The notes: generated by a model from the sequence alone, not told the origin. DNA of 64,000 nucleotides from Parcubacteria group bacterium Licking1014_17 (GCA_007376485.1 VMGJ01000006.1:779-64778); one strand, 5' to 3'; counted from the first letter of the stretch, positions 40,417 to 49,244 are shown. Program-made: numbers and translations.

Positions 40417-41754
40417 ATGGAAAAAGAAAAAAATTTGGAAAAAATCGTCTCATTGTGCAAACGCCGCGGCTTTGTTTTTCCCGGCAGCGAAATATACGGC
40501 GGATTGGCTGGCATTTATGATTATGGGCCGCTAGGCGTGGAGTTGAGTATGAATGTAAAAAACGCTTGGCGTCGGGAGATGTTTCGTCTGCATGAAAATA
40601 TTTTCGAACTGGATAGCAGCATACTTATGCAGAAAAGAGTTTGGCAGGCATCAGGCCATACGTCCGCCGGCTTTACCGATCCTTTGCGGGAATGCAAAAA
40701 ATGCCACCACCGTTTTCGCGCCGACCACCTGACCGAGCAGGGGATTGATAAATGTCCGGATTGCGGCGGCGACCTAACGGAGCCGAAACGATTTAACCTT
40801 CTCGTAGAAACACATTTGGGGCCGGTTCAGGATGACTCTTCTTTGGTGTATCTGCGAGGCGAAACCGCCCAAGGTATTTACGTGAATTACAACAATGTGA
40901 AGATATCTCAAAGTGCTTCACTTCCGTTTGGAATTGGTCAGATTGGCAAAGCCTTCAGAAACGAAATCACTCCCGGGCATTTTATTTACCGAATGCGCGA
41001 GTTTGAACAGATGGAGCAGCAATATTTTATCAAACCATCCGAAGCGGATAAGTATTTTGAACAATGGAAAGAAGAGCGCCTGCACTGGTATTTGGACTTG
41101 GGCATCAAGAAAGAAAATCTGCGTCTCCGCCCGCACGTCACCGGTGAATTGGCCCACTACGCCAAGGCCGCCGTGGATATTGAATATAATTTCCCCTTTG
41201 GCTGGCATGAAATTGAAGGCATTCATAATCGGGGCGATTGGGATCTTTCTCGGCACAGCGAATATTCCGGCCAAGATTTATCGGAAATTGATACTGGAAC
41301 CGGGAAAAGATTTTATCCCTATGTCATTGAAACTTCGGCTGGGGTTGACCGTTTGACATTAGCGTTTATTGTTGATGCCTATGAGGAAGTTATCGGCGGG
41401 CGGACCACCACTACGCAAAGCATAAAAGAAATAGAGGTCGTTTTGAAATTAGACCATCGGCTATCGCCGGTAAAAATCGCCGTTCTGCCTTTATCCAAAA
41501 AAGAGCCGCTGGTGAATATGGCGAAAGATATTGCCAGTAAATTGCGCAAAAACTGGAATGTCCAATATGACGATACTGCCTCTATCGGCAAGCGTTACCG
41601 CCGACAGGATGAAATCGGCACGCCCTTCTGCATATCCGTGGATTTTGAATCCATTGACGACAAAAAAGTTACCGTCCGCGACCGGGATACGATGAAGCAG
41701 GAGAGGATGGAAATAGGGAAATTAGAAATTTATATTGCCGAAAAGCTGAAATGA
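40417..41754 (+). CDS. glyQS: Glycine--tRNA ligase (dimeric class II type)
   Basis: 445 aa. Typical GlyRS N-terminus FVFPGSEIYGGLAGIYDYGPLG and class II motifs. Confidence 0.9.
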   Translation: MEKEKNLEKIVSLCKRRGFVFPGSEIYGGLAGIYDYGPLGVELSMNVKNAWRREMFRLHENIFELDSSILMQKRVWQASGHTSAGFTDPLRECKKCHHRFRADHLTEQGIDKCPDCGGDLTEPKRFNLLVETHLGPVQDDSSLVYLRGETAQGIYVNYNNVKISQSASLPFGIGQIGKAFRNEITPGHFIYRMREFEQMEQQYFIKPSEADKYFEQWKEERLHWYLDLGIKKENLRLRPHVTGELAHYAKAAVDIEYNFPFGWHEIEGIHNRGDWDLSRHSEYSGQDLSEIDTGTGKRFYPYVIETSAGVDRLTLAFIVDAYEEVIGGRTTTTQSIKEIEVVLKLDHRLSPVKIAVLPLSKKEPLVNMAKDIASKLRKNWNVQYDDTASIGKRYRRQDEIGTPFCISVDFESIDDKKVTVRDRDTMKQERMEIGKLEIYIAEKLK

Positions 41755-42830
41755 GCTCATCTCTGGCGCAAAAATTAGAGCGTTTTGCCGAAGGTGAGAA
41801 TATTGACGCGACACGATTGATAACGCGAGAACCCGAGAATGCCCTTGAGGTTTTTCCTGAACTTTTTATTGAAGATCGCCCGATAAGCGAGGTTGAAATA
41901 CTGGAAGCCCTGTATAAGCGTTTATTGAAACACATAGTATCTCTGGATAAAAAAGATTTGGCGTATTTGGCATCCGTTGCCCAGAAACGCACGGGATTTA
42001 TTCTAAAATACAAACCCCATGGAATCAAAGCCACGATACCTCTGGGTTTCTCTCTTTTCTTTTTGGAACCAAATGAAGGGTTTAGCTTTCAGCGCCATAT
42101 TGATATAAAAACGGAAATGTTTAATTTCATTTCGATTTCAGAAGGCGGCTTTGTATATTTTTGTCAAATGGATGAATGGGAAAAAATGTACAGTCCGAAA
42201 CGCTTTTCGGCGTGGCTTGAAGGCGCGTTCAGCCCTTCATTTGAGCAATTTCGTTATATTCCAAAACCCGGAGACGTTATTCGCATAGATAAAACCAATT
42301 TAGTCCACACGGCTATCGGCTGTGTTTTGGAAGAATACTCCAATATTTCGACAGATATGGTGGATCGTCTGCACGATCAGAATAAAGGTAAAAAAATTCC
42401 GCCGAAGTTCAATCGTCGGTATTTTTCGCAAAAAATGGATGGTATTTGTTATCCGGAAAAAAATCATTTAATTGAATACAAGAAAGGTAAATTTATTACT
42501 AGTTCTTTGGAATGGGCCCAAAATGACGGTATTTTCATGATGCCGCTGATGGAGACCCCTACCTATAAAGCAGAACGAGTATCTTTGCCGGCAAACAGTA
42601 TTTGGCGGTTAAATACAGGCGGTAATTTTGTTTCAGCTTTTTTGAGCGATGGCGAAGTAAACTGTGAACTAACTAATAGTAACGAAAATCCGGTAGAGAA
42701 ATCTTTTGATTTATCGCGCCACGATGCGTTTCTAAGCCTGCCCGGGTGCGAATGGCAAATTAGAAATCTATCGGCGTCTGACTCCTGTTTATCGGTTTTG
42801 ACGGTCCGGGAAAAATACGCGCTCTTGTAA
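41751..42830 (+). CDS. Hypothetical bicupin-like protein
   Basis: 359 aa. GFSFQRHIDIKTEMFNFISISEGGFVYF cupin-like segment. ATGA overlap with the glyQS stop. Lies within the insert between the duplicated glyS 3' ends. Confidence 0.45.
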   Translation: MSSSLAQKLERFAEGENIDATRLITREPENALEVFPELFIEDRPISEVEILEALYKRLLKHIVSLDKKDLAYLASVAQKRTGFILKYKPHGIKATIPLGFSLFFLEPNEGFSFQRHIDIKTEMFNFISISEGGFVYFCQMDEWEKMYSPKRFSAWLEGAFSPSFEQFRYIPKPGDVIRIDKTNLVHTAIGCVLEEYSNISTDMVDRLHDQNKGKKIPPKFNRRYFSQKMDGICYPEKNHLIEYKKGKFITSSLEWAQNDGIFMMPLMETPTYKAERVSLPANSIWRLNTGGNFVSAFLSDGEVNCELTNSNENPVEKSFDLSRHDAFLSLPGCEWQIRNLSASDSCLSVLTVREKYALL

Positions 42831-42833
42831 AAA

Positions 42834-43334
42834 ATGAATGAATACGAAAAACCCGAACAAGAAGACGAGGGTTTTGTAAAAAATGAACTCGAGAAATTAA
42901 GAGCAATAAACGATCGTGAATGTGAGTCATTAGCGACGTTTTTGCAGTCTCATATTGATGAAATATATAGATTACTTATTGAAAGAAACAAAGGATCTGC
43001 GGATTTTGAAGGTTTATGCGAAGTTGCCGCGGAGGAACTCCATAAAAGATTAAAAGCCGCCGGTTATGACAGTAAGATGGTTGAAGGAGATCTGGTGGTA
43101 GGCGAGAAGGATTCTTTATCTCATATGATTAATATGGTCAAATTCCCAAACCACTGGGTATTGATTGATCTAACCATCAGGCAATTGCCTTGGTATAAAA
43201 ACAAGAGCTGGCTTCTTGAGGCGTTGCCTCCCGACAACGCAGAAATAAAGAAATTTCTGTATGACCGATATAACTGGTGGCTGGGTCCGAATCATGATTA
43301 TAAAAGGGAGCCATTTGTTAACTGCAAGTCTTGA
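42834..43334 (+). CDS. Small transglutaminase-like (Cys-His-Asp) protein
   Basis: 166 aa. GLCEVAAEELHKRLKAAGY ... HMINMVKFPNHWVLIDLT. Confidence 0.4.
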   Translation: MNEYEKPEQEDEGFVKNELEKLRAINDRECESLATFLQSHIDEIYRLLIERNKGSADFEGLCEVAAEELHKRLKAAGYDSKMVEGDLVVGEKDSLSHMINMVKFPNHWVLIDLTIRQLPWYKNKSWLLEALPPDNAEIKKFLYDRYNWWLGPNHDYKREPFVNCKS

Positions 43335-43443
43335 ATCTCTTGACGACAAAAAAGTCACCGTCCGCGGCCGGGACACAATGAAGCAGGAGAGGGTGGAAAT
43401 AAAAGAATTGGCAGTCTATTTTAGGAAAATACTTGATATATAA
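43333..43443 (+). pseudogene. Displaced duplicate of the glyQS 3' end
   Basis: The 70-nt core at 43333..43402 is about 90% identical to 41647..41716. It encodes ESLDDKKVTVRGRDTMKQERVEI versus the GlyRS C-terminus ESIDDKKVTVRDRDTMKQERMEI. Confidence 0.7.
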
Positions 43444-43621
43444 ACCGTTTTGATTTAATCTGGGAAAGGAAAGCTTTTGATATTCGGCAAATATTACAGT
43501 TCAATTTCGGCGAACATTAGTGCGTAGTAAAGAACGGCGCACGAACTCCGAAGATGACGATTAGATCGTTCGAAAATCGCGTTTCCGTTTGCACGGAGAC
43601 GCGATTATTGTTATCCAGCAA

Positions 43622-43662
43622 ACCGCATCCTCGCCGATTGGCGCGAAGATGCGGTTTTTTTG
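43622..43662 (+). terminator. Rho-independent terminator (accgcatc...gatgcggt plus T7)
   Basis: Hairpin followed by ttttttt, downstream of the plus-strand block. Confidence 0.5.
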
Positions 43663-43700
43663 TATTTAACTTAATTGGCATGTTTCGTGCTTTACAAAGA

Positions 43701-44348
43701 TCAGTTGCCAATTCCAACTTTACAAATTATCGAATCCACCAATTTTTCTTTTGACGACTGGGTTAGTTTTTTTCTCTTGAATAATTTCTCGATCATTAAG
43801 TGGATTAATTCGTGCGCGATAGTGTAATCGGAAAAAGTTATGTCGGATTTCACATCGGGGTTCGCGCGAACATATATTTGGTTGCCCCGCCCAAAGCTTC
43901 CTCCGCTACCGTAAAATGTAATGTAGCAAACATAGGACTCCACAGTTTTAACGTCGGGGATTTTAGTGATTTTTTGAAAAAATCCTCTTTCTGTTTTTTG
44001 CCACTTTTCGCGCAAGATATTCAAAACCGATTTGTATTTACTGAGCGAATAAATAGAATTAAATTCGCGTAAAAATAGAGCGCGATCGCCGTCATTAAGT
44101 AGGTTTATATAACCATAATTAACACTATTTCCCAAGGATTTACTTGTCAGTTTTTTTAATTTCGATTCCAATTGCTTGGAAAACTTCGGTAATATCAATT
44201 CTGACGACCACTTCTTTAGAAATGACATTTTGCAATAAGTCCATAATACCTCCTCGATTTCTTTCTCTTTTGAGATACGGAACTGAACCTTATTTTTTTT
44301 GATGAATTTAGGCAAACAGGAAACAAACCTTACTAAAGTTATTGACAT
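43701..44348 (-). CDS. HExxH putative zinc metallopeptidase (paralog 1 of 3)
   Basis: 215 aa. ITFYGSGGSFGRGNQIYVRANPD...TIAHELIHL. Paralogous to 46933..47469 and 49601..50479. Confidence 0.55.
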   Translation of the reverse strand: MSITLVRFVSCLPKFIKKNKVQFRISKEKEIEEVLWTYCKMSFLKKWSSELILPKFSKQLESKLKKLTSKSLGNSVNYGYINLLNDGDRALFLREFNSIYSLSKYKSVLNILREKWQKTERGFFQKITKIPDVKTVESYVCYITFYGSGGSFGRGNQIYVRANPDVKSDITFSDYTIAHELIHLMIEKLFKRKKLTQSSKEKLVDSIICKVGIGN

Positions 44349-44436
44349 TAGCAGGATTTAATATATTCTAATTTCAGATTAACTGTCCATTAACAATCTG
44401 TCAATTACCCGATTAGGGGACGCGGGGAGTTGTCAA

Positions 44437-44910
44437 ATGGATGAAAAAAACATACTTCGACTCAAGTTGCCATGGCTGTGGGGCACGGACCTGCTTTGTA
44501 CCGCAGGGTACGGACCTGATAGCGGAAGTCCTTATCATGATGATAAGCATAATGCCTTCTACGCGCTTGACTTTGACAAGCCGTGGAGGGGAAATATGAT
44601 GCCGGTTGTGCCGATACTGGCTGTGGAAAAGGGCAATATCGTAACAATTGAGACCAATCCCGAGCATCCTTTTGGATGCCACGTAGTTATTAACCACGGA
44701 GGGGGGTATAAAAGCCTATACGCTCATCTAATGGGAATGCCTGATATACCAGATTTGGTGCGGCAGGGTCAATTGTTGGGCTATATGGGCGAAACGGGAC
44801 ATGCCCAGGGGCCACATCTACACTTCCAACTTTTCTTTAGAAACTTGTGCAGAGAGAAAATCAAACGAGCAATGCCGGCCCGGGTCCACATTCTCGGAGT
44901 TGTTACGTAA
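44437..44910 (+). CDS. M23-family peptidase domain protein (no signal peptide)
   Basis: 157 aa. YHDDKHNAFYALDF (HxxxD) and GETGHAQGPHLHFQL (HxH). Confidence 0.65.
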   Translation: MDEKNILRLKLPWLWGTDLLCTAGYGPDSGSPYHDDKHNAFYALDFDKPWRGNMMPVVPILAVEKGNIVTIETNPEHPFGCHVVINHGGGYKSLYAHLMGMPDIPDLVRQGQLLGYMGETGHAQGPHLHFQLFFRNLCREKIKRAMPARVHILGVVT

Positions 44911-45000
44911 AAAGGTCGAATCTGAAAGGAGAACGCAAGAAGAAAAACGGGAAACCGATTTGAAGAATCTTATTGGGATATTATTTAAATAGGAGAAGAC

Positions 45001-45348
45001 ATGGATACTCTTGAGGAAAAAAAGAATCGATTATGCCAAATCGCTACAGAAGCATTGGAAGATGTGATTAGAGACGGCTTATTGAAAGAAGAAGATAGGG
45101 AAAGCGTAGTAAATGCGATAGGGCACGTTTTGGGAGCATATAACGACCTGAAACAGGAGAAGGATTTTAATAAGCTCTCAAATAGGCTCATTGACGAATT
45201 CGAAAAAGATAAAATAGTTGGGTTGATTTGTATCTTAGAACTTTCCGAGTTTAATAGCAAAGTTGAAATTGAGTTCTGTAAGACCCTGAAAAAACACCGT
45301 GATTTGATACGCAAGGCCATAGAAGCCGATAGCCGCGCTGACAAGTAG
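45001..45348 (+). CDS. Hypothetical helical protein
   Basis: 115-aa ORF, followed by terminator 45378..45399. Confidence 0.4.
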   Translation: MDTLEEKKNRLCQIATEALEDVIRDGLLKEEDRESVVNAIGHVLGAYNDLKQEKDFNKLSNRLIDEFEKDKIVGLICILELSEFNSKVEIEFCKTLKKHRDLIRKAIEADSRADK

Positions 45349-45377
45349 GGGATAGCCGTTTATTTGGGTCTTTCACC

Positions 45378-45399
45378 AGCCGGCTCTGCCGGCTTTTTG
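45378..45399 (+). terminator. Intrinsic terminator agccggc-tct-gccggc plus T-run (the same module as 46565..46587)
   Basis: Identical stem to the terminator after 46204..46530. Confidence 0.55.
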
Positions 45400-45566
45400 T
45401 TGGGGCAAGCTCGTCAGAAAACGCCAAATGTGTGTGCACATTACCCGAGATGTGGATCTCGAAGTAAATATTACCTGTGTTATATTTGAAGCGATAACTG
45501 ATTTGATTATTGTGAACAATCTTATATTGTTTCTAATCCGGAGTTATGTTAGTACTATAGATAATT

Positions 45567-46190
45567 ATGAGTAAAGAAGGTTTTTGGGGAAAATTTGAAG
45601 AAAAGTGTCGCCAGAAGACGGAGGAGTTGCGCAGTAAACGTCTGAAGATGAAGGAAGAAAGGGAAAAAAGATTTGCCGAAAGAGGAGAAAAGCCGGGTTT
45701 AATCGGGTCTTGGTTTGAAATGATGGACACGGCAATTAAATTAAATGATTTTGTGGAAAATAACAGAGGGGAGATAAATGATGCGTTTAGCAGAGCCAAG
45801 GAAACAATAAAAGCGCCGGGATCATTGGACCCCAGAGAGAGGGGAGGAAATTTTAAATTAGCCGCAAAGGGATTAGCTGTTGATTTAGTCGGAGTGGTGG
45901 GAAATTATGAAAGCAGAGTGAGGGAGCGGCAGTTTAAAGAGGAGAGTAGGATTTTGAATAAAATTATAGAAATAAAGGCCGAAAAAGAAAAAATAGAGCA
46001 ATTGGATAATTTGGGGGAGACTATCAAACAAAGACAGCAAGAGGTAGTTGATGATATCAGCAGTTCGGGAAGGTCGATCCCCGATCAAGATGTTACAGAT
46101 AAACTTAGCGAGAAAATCGCGGCAAAACTTGAAAATGCCGACGAAAAGACGAAGAGGGAATTGCTCAAGCTAATTGGATCTTTACCTTAA
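45567..46190 (+). CDS. Hypothetical coiled-coil protein
   Basis: 207 aa, Glu/Lys-rich. Confidence 0.45.
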   Translation: MSKEGFWGKFEEKCRQKTEELRSKRLKMKEEREKRFAERGEKPGLIGSWFEMMDTAIKLNDFVENNRGEINDAFSRAKETIKAPGSLDPRERGGNFKLAAKGLAVDLVGVVGNYESRVRERQFKEESRILNKIIEIKAEKEKIEQLDNLGETIKQRQQEVVDDISSSGRSIPDQDVTDKLSEKIAAKLENADEKTKRELLKLIGSLP

Positions 46191-46203
46191 CGAGGAGGAC
46201 ATT

Positions 46204-46530
46204 ATGAGCGAAGAAAATATTGAGGCAAAAGTTGGGGAACTGAAAGCAAGAATCATTGCCGCGGCAAAACGGCCCGAGCTTGAGCTCGGTGAAAAATATG
46301 GGCAGGAATTGGCCGATAGTATGGAGAAGATACTTAATCTTCTGGATGAACGCGGGCGGAAAGAGCCGACTGTTGATTGGCTTTTGGGTGAGTTTAGAAA
46401 AGAAGAAATAACGGGGCTTTGGCATGTTTCAAATATGACGCTATACATGAAAGCGTTTAAACCTCTTATCATTGGACAAATTCTTGAATGGCTTGAGGAA
46501 ATCAAGGAAGAGGAGAGGAAGAAGAAATAA
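46204..46530 (+). CDS. Hypothetical protein
   Basis: Track ORF 46174..46530. The likely start is the ATG at 46204, after GAGGAGG. Confidence 0.45.
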   Translation: MSEENIEAKVGELKARIIAAAKRPELELGEKYGQELADSMEKILNLLDERGRKEPTVDWLLGEFRKEEITGLWHVSNMTLYMKAFKPLIIGQILEWLEEIKEEERKKK

Positions 46531-46564
46531 GTTTTTTTACTTCACTTTTTGTTCTTCTTTTACC

Positions 46565-46587
46565 AGCCGGCAATGCCGGCTTTTTGT
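46565..46587 (+). terminator. Intrinsic terminator agccggc-aat-gccggc plus T-run
   Basis: Repeated terminator module. See 45378..45399. Confidence 0.55.
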
Positions 46588-46604
46588 TGGGGGGTTGCAT
46601 AGAA

Positions 46605-46667
46605 AGAGTGCTAAATGTGGTGGACGCATACAGGGACTTGACTAAACTCCTATTATTAATGTATTTT
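46605..46667 (+). promoter_or_regulatory. Conserved upstream box plus promoter TTGACT-N18-TATTTT for precursor A
   Basis: Box agagtgctaaatgtggtggacgcatacagg, 46605..46634. A box sequence almost identical to this one occurs at 51910..51941, immediately before the cassette copy at 51945. Confidence 0.45.
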
Positions 46668-46688
46668 TTGAGCAGGAGGTTAAACGCC

Positions 46689-46871
46689 ATGCCACAAGAA
46701 TTGTATGAATGGGTGTCTAACCTTGCCGGTGCCGGAATGTTAGCCGATAGCATACCGGCTGGCACTGGCCCAGCGCAAATGGGGCCGGGCAGTCATTGCG
46801 ACTGCGTTTGCGCGGAATGCGACAATGGCCGTGGGAGCGGCCAGTGCAACTGCGGCCCTAGGGATTGTTGA
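46689..46871 (+). CDS. Candidate RiPP precursor peptide A (60 aa; core HCDCVCAECDNGRGSGQCNCGPRDC)
   Basis: Internal ATG within track ORF 46584..46871, preceded by AGGAGG. Seven Cys in the C-terminal 25 residues. Upstream of the HExxH peptidase and radical-SAM/SPASM genes. Confidence 0.5.
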   Translation: MPQELYEWVSNLAGAGMLADSIPAGTGPAQMGPGSHCDCVCAECDNGRGSGQCNCGPRDC

Positions 46872-46884
46872 CTCCCGCAATTTC

Positions 46885-46918
46885 GTAGCTGCCGGTCTCT
46901 TGGGGGACCGGCAGCTAC
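46885..46918 (+). other. Perfect 13-bp stem hairpin (gtagctgccggtc / gaccggcagctac, 8-nt loop) with no U-tract
   Basis: Sits between the precursor A stop and the start of the HExxH gene (46933). Confidence 0.5.
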
Positions 46919-46932
46919 ACCCATTTCAATAA

Positions 46933-47469
46933 ATGAAAAATATTTCGGTAATAATATCATTTAAACCAATACTCAAGCATTTATTAGAGGTGGTGGTTAA
47001 AAGTCTTGAAGCCGGCAATTATAAAAAATGGGGGCTGAACCCGATTTTACCGCCTCGGCTAAGTGATAATGAAGATTACGGAGTGGCTGCTGAAAGATTT
47101 TGGAATGAATCGGGCTGGTCCGATAGAGTTCAACCTCTCGTGCCCAAAATCAATGACTGGTGGAATAAATTTGGCGCTAAATTTACCGAGTCGTTATCTG
47201 CCGATTTAAAAGTTATAGAACCGGAAAAATATTATATAATACTTACTCCTTTCGGTCCCGGCGGCAGTTATAACACGTCTCAGTCGGCGATTTATGTCAG
47301 AATCACTGATCCAAATGATAATCTGTGGTGGCAGAGAGTTATTGTGCATGAAATCGCGCATTTAGTTAGTGTTAAGCAAGAAAATAAAGACCATGCGCGA
47401 AATGAGGATAGAATAAATAAAATTGTGCGTGAAAAACTTGAAGCTATGGGTATGACTGAATTGTTATAG
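46933..47469 (+). CDS. HExxH putative zinc metallopeptidase (paralog 2)
   Basis: 178 aa. ILTPFGPGGSYNTSQSAIYVRITDP...VIVHEIAHL. Confidence 0.55.
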   Translation: MKNISVIISFKPILKHLLEVVVKSLEAGNYKKWGLNPILPPRLSDNEDYGVAAERFWNESGWSDRVQPLVPKINDWWNKFGAKFTESLSADLKVIEPEKYYIILTPFGPGGSYNTSQSAIYVRITDPNDNLWWQRVIVHEIAHLVSVKQENKDHARNEDRINKIVREKLEAMGMTELL

Positions 47470-47510
47470 CAAATTTTTGTCCTTTTTAAATTGAATATTG
47501 GAGGATTTCG

Positions 47511-48569
47511 ATGGAACAGTATATTTGCCGTCCTCGTGTGATGTGGCTGTCTATTGTTGATTACTGTAACAATAGGTGCCTATGGTGCTATGAACAGTGT
47601 AACGAAGTTCTAGGCCGAAGCATGAGCCTGGATTTGGTGAAAAGAATTTGTAACGCTATGCGATCCGTGGGGGTCAAAAAGTGCATAGTGATAGGCGGGG
47701 AACCCACCCTTCACCCGAATTTTTTTGAAGTGCTTTCAGAGATTAAGGAATGTGGATTCACGATTTCTCTTGTCACGAACGGGCGTCTTATCAGTAAACA
47801 CGAGATAGCCGAAAAATTGTCGCAAACCAGGCCTGATTTTCTGACCATTTCGATTCATGGGTGGTCGCCTGAATCCTATTGCAGGCTGACAAAATCAAAA
47901 AATGGTTTTTCTGAGGTAGCCGAAGGAATGACTCTCCTAAGAAAGCACGGCGTTAAATTTGAGGTGAATATCACCCTCAGTAAATTAACCGCTGGTTTAA
48001 CGGAAGAAATCCTTTCTTTTCTGGAAGCCAACAATATTAAGCACGCCGGATTTAATCTTGCGTCACCTTCGGTATCGGCCCAGAAAACCGTTGCTGAATT
48101 TGTCCCTACGATGCAGGAATTAGCGAGCCAAGCCGTATCCGTTTTCAAGGGCTGCTTGAGTCGGGGAATCAGGCCGTCATTCTTGCTGACCCTCCCTTTC
48201 TGCCTCTTTGGCGATGAGGAATTGTCAGAATTCTTCAAAGCCAGAGCTGTTATATCGGGATGTCAGCTACTATCGGGTTCTGGGATTGTTTTCCAAGCCG
48301 ACGGGTCTATATCCCTTTGCAACCATCTACTGGATTTCAAAATTGCCAATCCTCAACAGACAAGAGAATTGCTTGCTTCGGAAGGCAACTTTCTTGAATT
48401 CTGGAATGCGGAGAAATTGTGTGAAATAAGAAAACAAGCGAATTGTTTCAGGTCTCCTGTTTGCTCCAAGTGCAGTCAATGGGGCATTTGCGGTGCTGGT
48501 TGCATGGTAAGGTGGGCGCATCATAGCCTTTCCGAAGTAGAATTCAGAGAGGTAAATATTAACATCTAG
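47511..48569 (+). CDS. Radical SAM enzyme with C-terminal SPASM-type Cys cluster (RiPP maturase candidate 1)
   Basis: 352 aa. CNNRCLWC (Cx3Cx2C). C-terminal CNHL...CEIRKQANCFRSPVCSKCSQWGICGAGC. Confidence 0.8.
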   Translation: MEQYICRPRVMWLSIVDYCNNRCLWCYEQCNEVLGRSMSLDLVKRICNAMRSVGVKKCIVIGGEPTLHPNFFEVLSEIKECGFTISLVTNGRLISKHEIAEKLSQTRPDFLTISIHGWSPESYCRLTKSKNGFSEVAEGMTLLRKHGVKFEVNITLSKLTAGLTEEILSFLEANNIKHAGFNLASPSVSAQKTVAEFVPTMQELASQAVSVFKGCLSRGIRPSFLLTLPFCLFGDEELSEFFKARAVISGCQLLSGSGIVFQADGSISLCNHLLDFKIANPQQTRELLASEGNFLEFWNAEKLCEIRKQANCFRSPVCSKCSQWGICGAGCMVRWAHHSLSEVEFREVNINI

Positions 48570-48582
48570 GTCTACTCCGTAT

Positions 48583-48616
48583 GCAGATGGTGATTGTATG
48601 CCATCTGCTTTTATTT
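48583..48616 (+). terminator. Intrinsic terminator gcagatgg...ccatctgc plus ttttattt
   Basis: Directly after the radical SAM gene. Confidence 0.55.
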
Positions 48617-48625
48617 AAGAGGCTA

Positions 48626-48654
48626 TTGACAAATACTTTGGCTTGACTTATAAA
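48626..48654 (+). promoter_or_regulatory. Sigma70 consensus promoter cassette, copy 1 (TTGACA-N17-TATAAA)
   Basis: ctattgacaaatactttggcttgacttataaagga. Near-identical copies at 49339..49367 and 51945..51973. Confidence 0.6.
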
Positions 48655-48739
48655 GGAAGTATCAGTGTTGTCAGCTCTTTTGTGCTCTTCAACAATCGAA
48701 ACCGAGGCTAGGGTTTCTAGCCTGAAAGTGAGGTATGAA

Positions 48740-48865
48740 ATGAAAAAATTTCGTCGTGTCGCTCGCGGCAAGCCCTTTTTACCTATATCCGTAAACGAAT
48801 CTCAGTTTGAAAATTCACAGGCAAGAATGTTCTTGCCTGGTTTTTTTAAATTAGATTTTTACTAA
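48740..48865 (+). CDS. Small peptide, 41 aa (MKKFRRVARGKPFLPISVNESQFENSQARMFLPGFFKLDFY)
   Basis: Internal ATG of track ORF 48665..48865, after GTGAGGT. Driven by cassette copy 1. No Cys. Confidence 0.35.
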   Translation: MKKFRRVARGKPFLPISVNESQFENSQARMFLPGFFKLDFY

Positions 48866-48866
48866 T

Positions 48867-49244
48867 TTGGATGAACAAATTAAATTAACTCTTGAGTATA
48901 TTCAAAAATTGACTAAGGGTTGGTACAAATTCAGCAAAGCCACGGAGGCCTATAAAACATCTTTATTTGAATGTATTGCGCACAAGAAAACTGGTTGCAG
49001 CATGAAAGCAAGGTTTGCTCAACTGCTTTTGACTTTTCTTGGTTACGAAGTCGAAATAGTGAGAGGATACTATAAATCTCCTGAGAGATGGACTTTGCAT
49101 GCCTGGGTAAAGGTCAACGGCAAGGAGTACGACCCGACCAGGAAGAATTTTCAAATAACAAGAGACAAACACTCGCGAACAAATCCCGATCCTCACCTCA
49201 CTGATTGGGAACAGGTTTTCGAGAAAATGGAAGGGGAGAATTAA
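48867..49244 (+). CDS. Small transglutaminase-like Cys-His-Asp protein (putative cysteine peptidase)
   Basis: 125 aa. TGCSMKARFAQLLLTFLGYEVEIVRGYY...LHAWVKVNGKEYDPT. Confidence 0.5.
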   Translation: MDEQIKLTLEYIQKLTKGWYKFSKATEAYKTSLFECIAHKKTGCSMKARFAQLLLTFLGYEVEIVRGYYKSPERWTLHAWVKVNGKEYDPTRKNFQITRDKHSRTNPDPHLTDWEQVFEKMEGEN

